Below are positions 57,188-64,000 of a stretch of 64,000 nt of DNA, in pieces. Positions within the stretch are counted from its first letter, which is position 1; every line of letters starts with the position of its first letter. The DNA is from an uncultured delta proteobacterium (GTDB taxonomy: Bacteria > Desulfobacterota > Binatia > UBA9968). The stretch lies in contig CAVUZH010000018.1 in assembly GCA_963745835.1 (NCBI GenBank), positions 384,001 to 448,000 of the forward strand. The letters are read 5' to 3'. The notes beneath the pieces were generated by a model that was given only the letters and a program-made list of their open reading frames with translations, made no database searches and was not told where the DNA came from. The translations under genes and the position numbers were made by a program.

Positions 57188-58348
57188 ATGAACTTAAGAA
57201 AAGTCCTCTCTTGGTTGCTTTTAATGGTTCTTTTGGCCGGGTGCAATCCTGCATCGGTCCAGTATCCTGTTGGCTCAACTCCTTATCCTCCTCCTCCGAC
57301 AAGCATTGCCTCAGGCGCCCGGTCCTCCAGCCCCCAATCAGTCCTACAGCCCCAAGCTTCGACTGGATCACAGCGACGTCAATACGCACTGGAAAAGGCC
57401 TTGGAGGGCATGGTTATAGGTGCTGCTCTTGGCGGGATCTATGGAGCAGGAGGGGGTATGGTCCTAGGCTTTCTCACCGGGCTCTTCACCGCCGAGATCT
57501 ATGACGACCAGCTGAATACTCAAATCCAAGCCGAACAAACCAAAGATAAACTGCTGGAAGCGAAGATCGAACAGGAATTGGAGCGTCAGCGACAGATGGA
57601 AGCTCAACTGCTAAATGGCCCAGCAAGTCCGCAGGAAAATCACGCCGGCCTGCCGCCGTCGGCGCTAACCCCGCTTGAGCCAATGGCATCCAATGTCGGG
57701 ATGAACGACGCTTCGAGCACTGTAGCTTCGTTGAGCAAAAAGGAATTTCCTTCAAACCCGACGGGCAGCTCATTTAAGAATTTCGAGATGAGCGACATCA
57801 ATGGCGACGGCGTTCCGGACCGATGGATTTACTACAGCCCGCTTAGGTCCAGCGAGATCGTGCGGCAAGAGGAGGCCAGCCACTTCGATGGCAGAGTTGA
57901 CAGCTGGAGTCATTTCAAAGACGGACGGTTAGTGAGACGTGAAGTCGATACCAAAGGCAAGGGCTTGGCGGACACGGTTTATTATTACGAGAACGAGAAG
58001 ATGGTCAGGGAAGAGCGTGATGACAACGGCACCGGCCGTGTGAGTTTCCGCGCGATCTACCAAAATGGCCGCCGCGTCAAAATAGAGGAAGATACCAGTG
58101 GCCGCGGCAAAATCGACCAATGGATCTATTTTGACTCAAGCAAAGACGGCGAGATTGTCTTGAGGGAAGAAAGGGACCTCAATGGCGACGGGGTGGTTGA
58201 TCTGTGGGCCTATTATGAAGATGGTCGGCTTGTCCGACGCGATGTTAACGCAGTCGCAGCGGAACTCCTGTCCAAACAAGATCGACTCTCTTTTCCGCCG
58301 GGTGATACTAAAAACATTTCGCAGTCCCAACCGGTTAGAGACGACTAA
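57188..58348 (+). CDS. Lipoprotein with glycine zipper, coiled coil and DxNGDGxxD-W repeats
   Basis: LAGC lipobox; DINGDGVPDRW, DTSGRGKIDQW, DLNGDGVVDLW repeats. Confidence 0.75.
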   Translation: MNLRKVLSWLLLMVLLAGCNPASVQYPVGSTPYPPPPTSIASGARSSSPQSVLQPQASTGSQRRQYALEKALEGMVIGAALGGIYGAGGGMVLGFLTGLFTAEIYDDQLNTQIQAEQTKDKLLEAKIEQELERQRQMEAQLLNGPASPQENHAGLPPSALTPLEPMASNVGMNDASSTVASLSKKEFPSNPTGSSFKNFEMSDINGDGVPDRWIYYSPLRSSEIVRQEEASHFDGRVDSWSHFKDGRLVRREVDTKGKGLADTVYYYENEKMVREERDDNGTGRVSFRAIYQNGRRVKIEEDTSGRGKIDQWIYFDSSKDGEIVLREERDLNGDGVVDLWAYYEDGRLVRRDVNAVAAELLSKQDRLSFPPGDTKNISQSQPVRDD

Positions 58349-58414
58349 GGACGAGCCGAAATCCCTTAACCTTCACACTCAGGCGGCCACAGGGGTTTAA
58401 AAAACGAGGAGTTA

Positions 58415-59791
58415 ATGAACCAAGAAACCGCCGATGCTCTGGTCTTTTTCGGGGCGACTGGAGATCTCGCCTATAAAAAAATATTTCCCGCGCTCCAGGC
58501 GCTGGCCAAGCGCGGCAATCTCGACGTCCCGGTCATCGGTGTCGCCAAAGCTGGATGGACGCTTGATCAACTGAAGTCGCGCGCCCGTGACAGCGTCGAG
58601 AATTATGGCGGGCTTGATCCGGCTGCTTTTGCCCAACTAAGCCGTTGCTTGCGCTACATTGATGGCGACTATGCCGATCCGGCAACCTTTCAACTGCTCC
58701 GGCGGGAGTTGGGCGACGCAGAGCATCCGATGCACTATCTTGCCATCCCGCCGAGCCTCTTCGAGATCGTCATTCATCAACTCGGCGAGTCCGGTTGTGC
58801 TAAGGGCGCGCGCGTCGTCATCGAGAAGCCTTTCGGACACGACTTCGCTACGGCTCAAAAGCTGAATTCAGTGGTACACAGTAGTTTCAATGAAGAAAAC
58901 GTGTTTCGCATCGACCACTACCTGGGCAAAAACACGGTTCAAAATTTGCTTTTCTTCCGCTTTGCAAATTCATTTCTCGAGCCGTTGTGGAATCGGCAGT
59001 TCGTTGAAAGTGTGCAGATCACGATGGCAGAAAATTTCGGCGTCGAGGGTCGTGGCAAGTTTTACGATCAAACGGGCGCCGTGCGCGACGTCGTGCAGAA
59101 CCATCTGCTGCAAGTTCTTTCGAACATTGCCATGGAGCCGCCCCCGGGCCTGGATGCCGAAATGTTGCGGGACGAGAAAGCAAAAGTGCTGAAAGGGATT
59201 CGTCCGCTTCAGCCGCTCGATGTTATACGCGGTCAGTTTCGCGGCTACCGTGATGAGCCGGGGGTCAGCGCAAATTCGCGGGTTGAGACCTTTGTCGCGC
59301 TCAGACTCGAGATCAACTCGTGGCGCTGGAAGGGAGTGCCATTCTATATCCGGGCGGGCAAGTGCCTCCCGGTGACCGCAACAGAAGTACTCGTCAAGTT
59401 GCGCCAGCCGCCGGCGGTTTTCTCCGAGATTGCGCCGCCGCCCAACTACTTCCGTTTCCGTGTAACACCCGATCTGATGATCGCCATCGGCGCGTTGGTG
59501 AAGAAAGCGGGTGAACGTGAAGGGCAACACGTCGAACTTGTCGTCAGCGAGGAATTCGATGCGGCCGAGATGGGAGCTTACGAGGAGCTTTTGTTCGACG
59601 CGATGCGGGGAAATTCGGCCCGTTTTGCACGGCAGGATTACGTCGAAGAGGCATGGCGAATCGTCGATCCAGTTCTGGGCGATGTTGTTCCTGTCTACGA
59701 GTACGAACCCGGCACATGGGGGCCATCAGAGGTGAGTTCGTTGATTGGACCCGACGGGGTTTGGTTTGATCCAAGCTCCAGGCAACCCTGA
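58415..59791 (+). CDS. zwf: Glucose-6-phosphate 1-dehydrogenase
   Basis: [44 protein letters not shown]. Confidence 0.95.
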   Translation: MNQETADALVFFGATGDLAYKKIFPALQALAKRGNLDVPVIGVAKAGWTLDQLKSRARDSVENYGGLDPAAFAQLSRCLRYIDGDYADPATFQLLRRELGDAEHPMHYLAIPPSLFEIVIHQLGESGCAKGARVVIEKPFGHDFATAQKLNSVVHSSFNEENVFRIDHYLGKNTVQNLLFFRFANSFLEPLWNRQFVESVQITMAENFGVEGRGKFYDQTGAVRDVVQNHLLQVLSNIAMEPPPGLDAEMLRDEKAKVLKGIRPLQPLDVIRGQFRGYRDEPGVSANSRVETFVALRLEINSWRWKGVPFYIRAGKCLPVTATEVLVKLRQPPAVFSEIAPPPNYFRFRVTPDLMIAIGALVKKAGEREGQHVELVVSEEFDAAEMGAYEELLFDAMRGNSARFARQDYVEEAWRIVDPVLGDVVPVYEYEPGTWGPSEVSSLIGPDGVWFDPSSRQP

Positions 59792-59890
59792 TAGGATTTA
59801 CCCGCTGAAAAGAGCCAGCACATCCTGACGTGAGCATAATCCACAATCAAGTCGGATCATTTTCATAGACGAATGGGCGCAAACAAGTGT

Positions 59891-60331
59891 CTAGAAGTAA
59901 CGCCGATCAAGCTCCGAGCCCAGCTCTCGAACATGCTTGGCGAAAAACGCGCAAGCGTTTCGGTAAAAAAGAAGGGCAAGTGCCGGCCGGTCCGTAAGCA
60001 ACTGCGCCAGCTTATCGAAAGGTATCCGCACAAGCTGCGTGCGCTCGCGGGCGGTAGCGGTAGCGAACCGTTTGTCCGGCTGGAAAAAAGCGAGTTCCCC
60101 CAGCGTCTGACCGGTTCCCATCGTAACAACCGGCGTTTGTTTTCCTTTGACGACAATGTCGATGGTGCCCATTTCAATTATGAAAATGGCGTCGGCACGT
60201 TGATCGATGTCGTAAGCAAGTTGTCCCGGCAGGAGAACCGTTTGCTCAGTGATTCCCAACAGAGCCGTGAGATCATTGGCGTCTATCCCGCGAAACAAAT
60301 AGGTACCCTTAATCACGTCAGCCTTATTCAT
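59891..60331 (-). CDS. Stand-alone cyclic-nucleotide-binding domain protein
   Basis: LFRGID, FIIEMGTI, GELAFF...RFATATA phosphate-binding cassette; no HTH. Confidence 0.8.
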   Translation of the reverse strand: MNKADVIKGTYLFRGIDANDLTALLGITEQTVLLPGQLAYDIDQRADAIFIIEMGTIDIVVKGKQTPVVTMGTGQTLGELAFFQPDKRFATATARERTQLVRIPFDKLAQLLTDRPALALLFYRNACAFFAKHVRELGSELDRRYF

Positions 60332-60449
60332 CAACCATTGTCCCCCAATTTTAATTCGGTCTGTTGTTTGCCAACTATATAACGAGCGGTGTCGCGGCTT
60401 CAACTTGTTCTTCTTAAAGAAACGATATGCCTGGCTCTGCTCGGCATTC

Positions 60450-60469
60450 TATTGGACCAAGGTCCAATA
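60450..60469. promoter_or_regulatory. Palindromic operator site 8 (TATTGGACCAAGGTCCAATA), between divergent genes
   Basis: Consensus copy; TATCGT 22 nt away on the - strand. Confidence 0.88.
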
Positions 60470-60540
60470 GACGCGGTTCGAAGCTTTAGTTTTAGTAAGC
60501 TTTAACTTTAGATAGAAAGCGCGTTATGGAGGCACAAGCA

Positions 60541-63304
<2,764 letters not shown>

Positions 63305-63411
63305 AATCCTGTCCTATTTCACATCAACATCCATGCTTATAGTTCGAATCTCCAGGCAAAGCCAGGGAGCACACGGTAACAAATGGCCACTATAGAAGTT
63401 GGCAAGTGAAT

Positions 63412-63792
63412 ATGAATTGCTCCAACAGAGTGATGCTCTGTGTTCTTCTGCTGAACGTTCTTACACTTTATGGCTGTGAGGACCTGGTGATACGCGACAC
63501 GTCGAGCCTGCTCGCCCCCCGGTTTCAACGGTCTGAGATCTTTGGCCTTGTGGCAGGATTTGGGACGACCTTTGCCGGGGTACCAGACTTAGTGGCAATG
63601 CTCAAGCGGCGCTCATGCGTCGGGATGAACCCGACGATGGCGGGCATCATGGGCGTCTTTCAAATCGCCTGGGTCTACTACGGCTTGTTGATTGTTTCAC
63701 GGCCGGTGATCGTCTGGAACATGATCGGGATTGTGATCAATTTCGTGAACGTCGGCGCGTACCTATATTTCGTTCGCAAAGCAAGGCTGTAA
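63412..63792 (+). CDS. SemiSWEET/PQ-loop-like small transporter
   Basis: GLVAGFGTTFAGVP, W.YYG, P.I.WN three-TM pattern. Confidence 0.7.
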   Translation: MNCSNRVMLCVLLLNVLTLYGCEDLVIRDTSSLLAPRFQRSEIFGLVAGFGTTFAGVPDLVAMLKRRSCVGMNPTMAGIMGVFQIAWVYYGLLIVSRPVIVWNMIGIVINFVNVGAYLYFVRKARL

Positions 63793-63879
63793 GCAATGGA
63801 GTGAAGGCGGCGGCGAGTTATCTACGAGTTCGTCCCCAGGCAGGGTCGGGAACGAGTAGCAAATCCTTGAGGAATACCA

Positions 63880-64000
63880 ATGGTGCCATCACCACCCTAT
63901 CCTTCGCTTTACCAAATCAATAGCCGCGTCTGGTTGACCGAGCTTTCGCGACAACTTGGTAAGCGCGCGACGTTGGACGATATTCCTGATGCCGAGTTGG
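63880..64000 (+). CDS. N-terminus of an alpha-amylase-family protein (truncated by window edge)
   Basis: YPSLYQINSRVWL...ATLDDIPDAEL; GAGGA RBS. Confidence 0.6.
   Translation, partial: MVPSPPYPSLYQINSRVWLTELSRQLGKRATLDDIPDAEL

Overview
GC-rich bacterial chromosomal window, almost entirely + strand and gene-dense. The style of the intergenic palindromes and the gene repertoire suggest a soil Deltaproteobacteria/Binatia-like organism (inference). About 15 genes carry single-base frameshifts, mostly at homopolymers, which look like long-read assembly errors rather than real pseudogenes. Content: cNMP-patatin, OprB-type porin, alpha-carbonic anhydrase, B12 radical SAM, DUF4105 paralogs, USP, a FixL/NodV-type kinase with a receiver-only regulator, DUF3300/DUF2950, lipoproteins, AspT, a symporter-PBP fusion, RND efflux, nrfHA, a selenocysteine formate dehydrogenase operon, SYLF x2, a multiheme cytochrome module, frdC-frdA-fumC-frdB, a DASS transporter, aspA, DUF2252, Ca/H antiporter, K channel, zwf, GH63 glucosidase, SemiSWEET and the start of an amylase-like gene. 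The most striking signal is a 20-bp palindrome, consensus TATTGGAC(Y)AA(R)GTCCAATA, found 8 times. Every copy is intergenic and upstream of an operon, usually about 21 nt before a -10-like element. It resembles the DosR/NarL-FixJ operator core and suggests a roughly 60-kb single-regulator hypoxia/acid-survival regulon. A second oddity is that the 3' end of a diheme cytochrome gene is repeated at the boundaries of the successive downstream modules.
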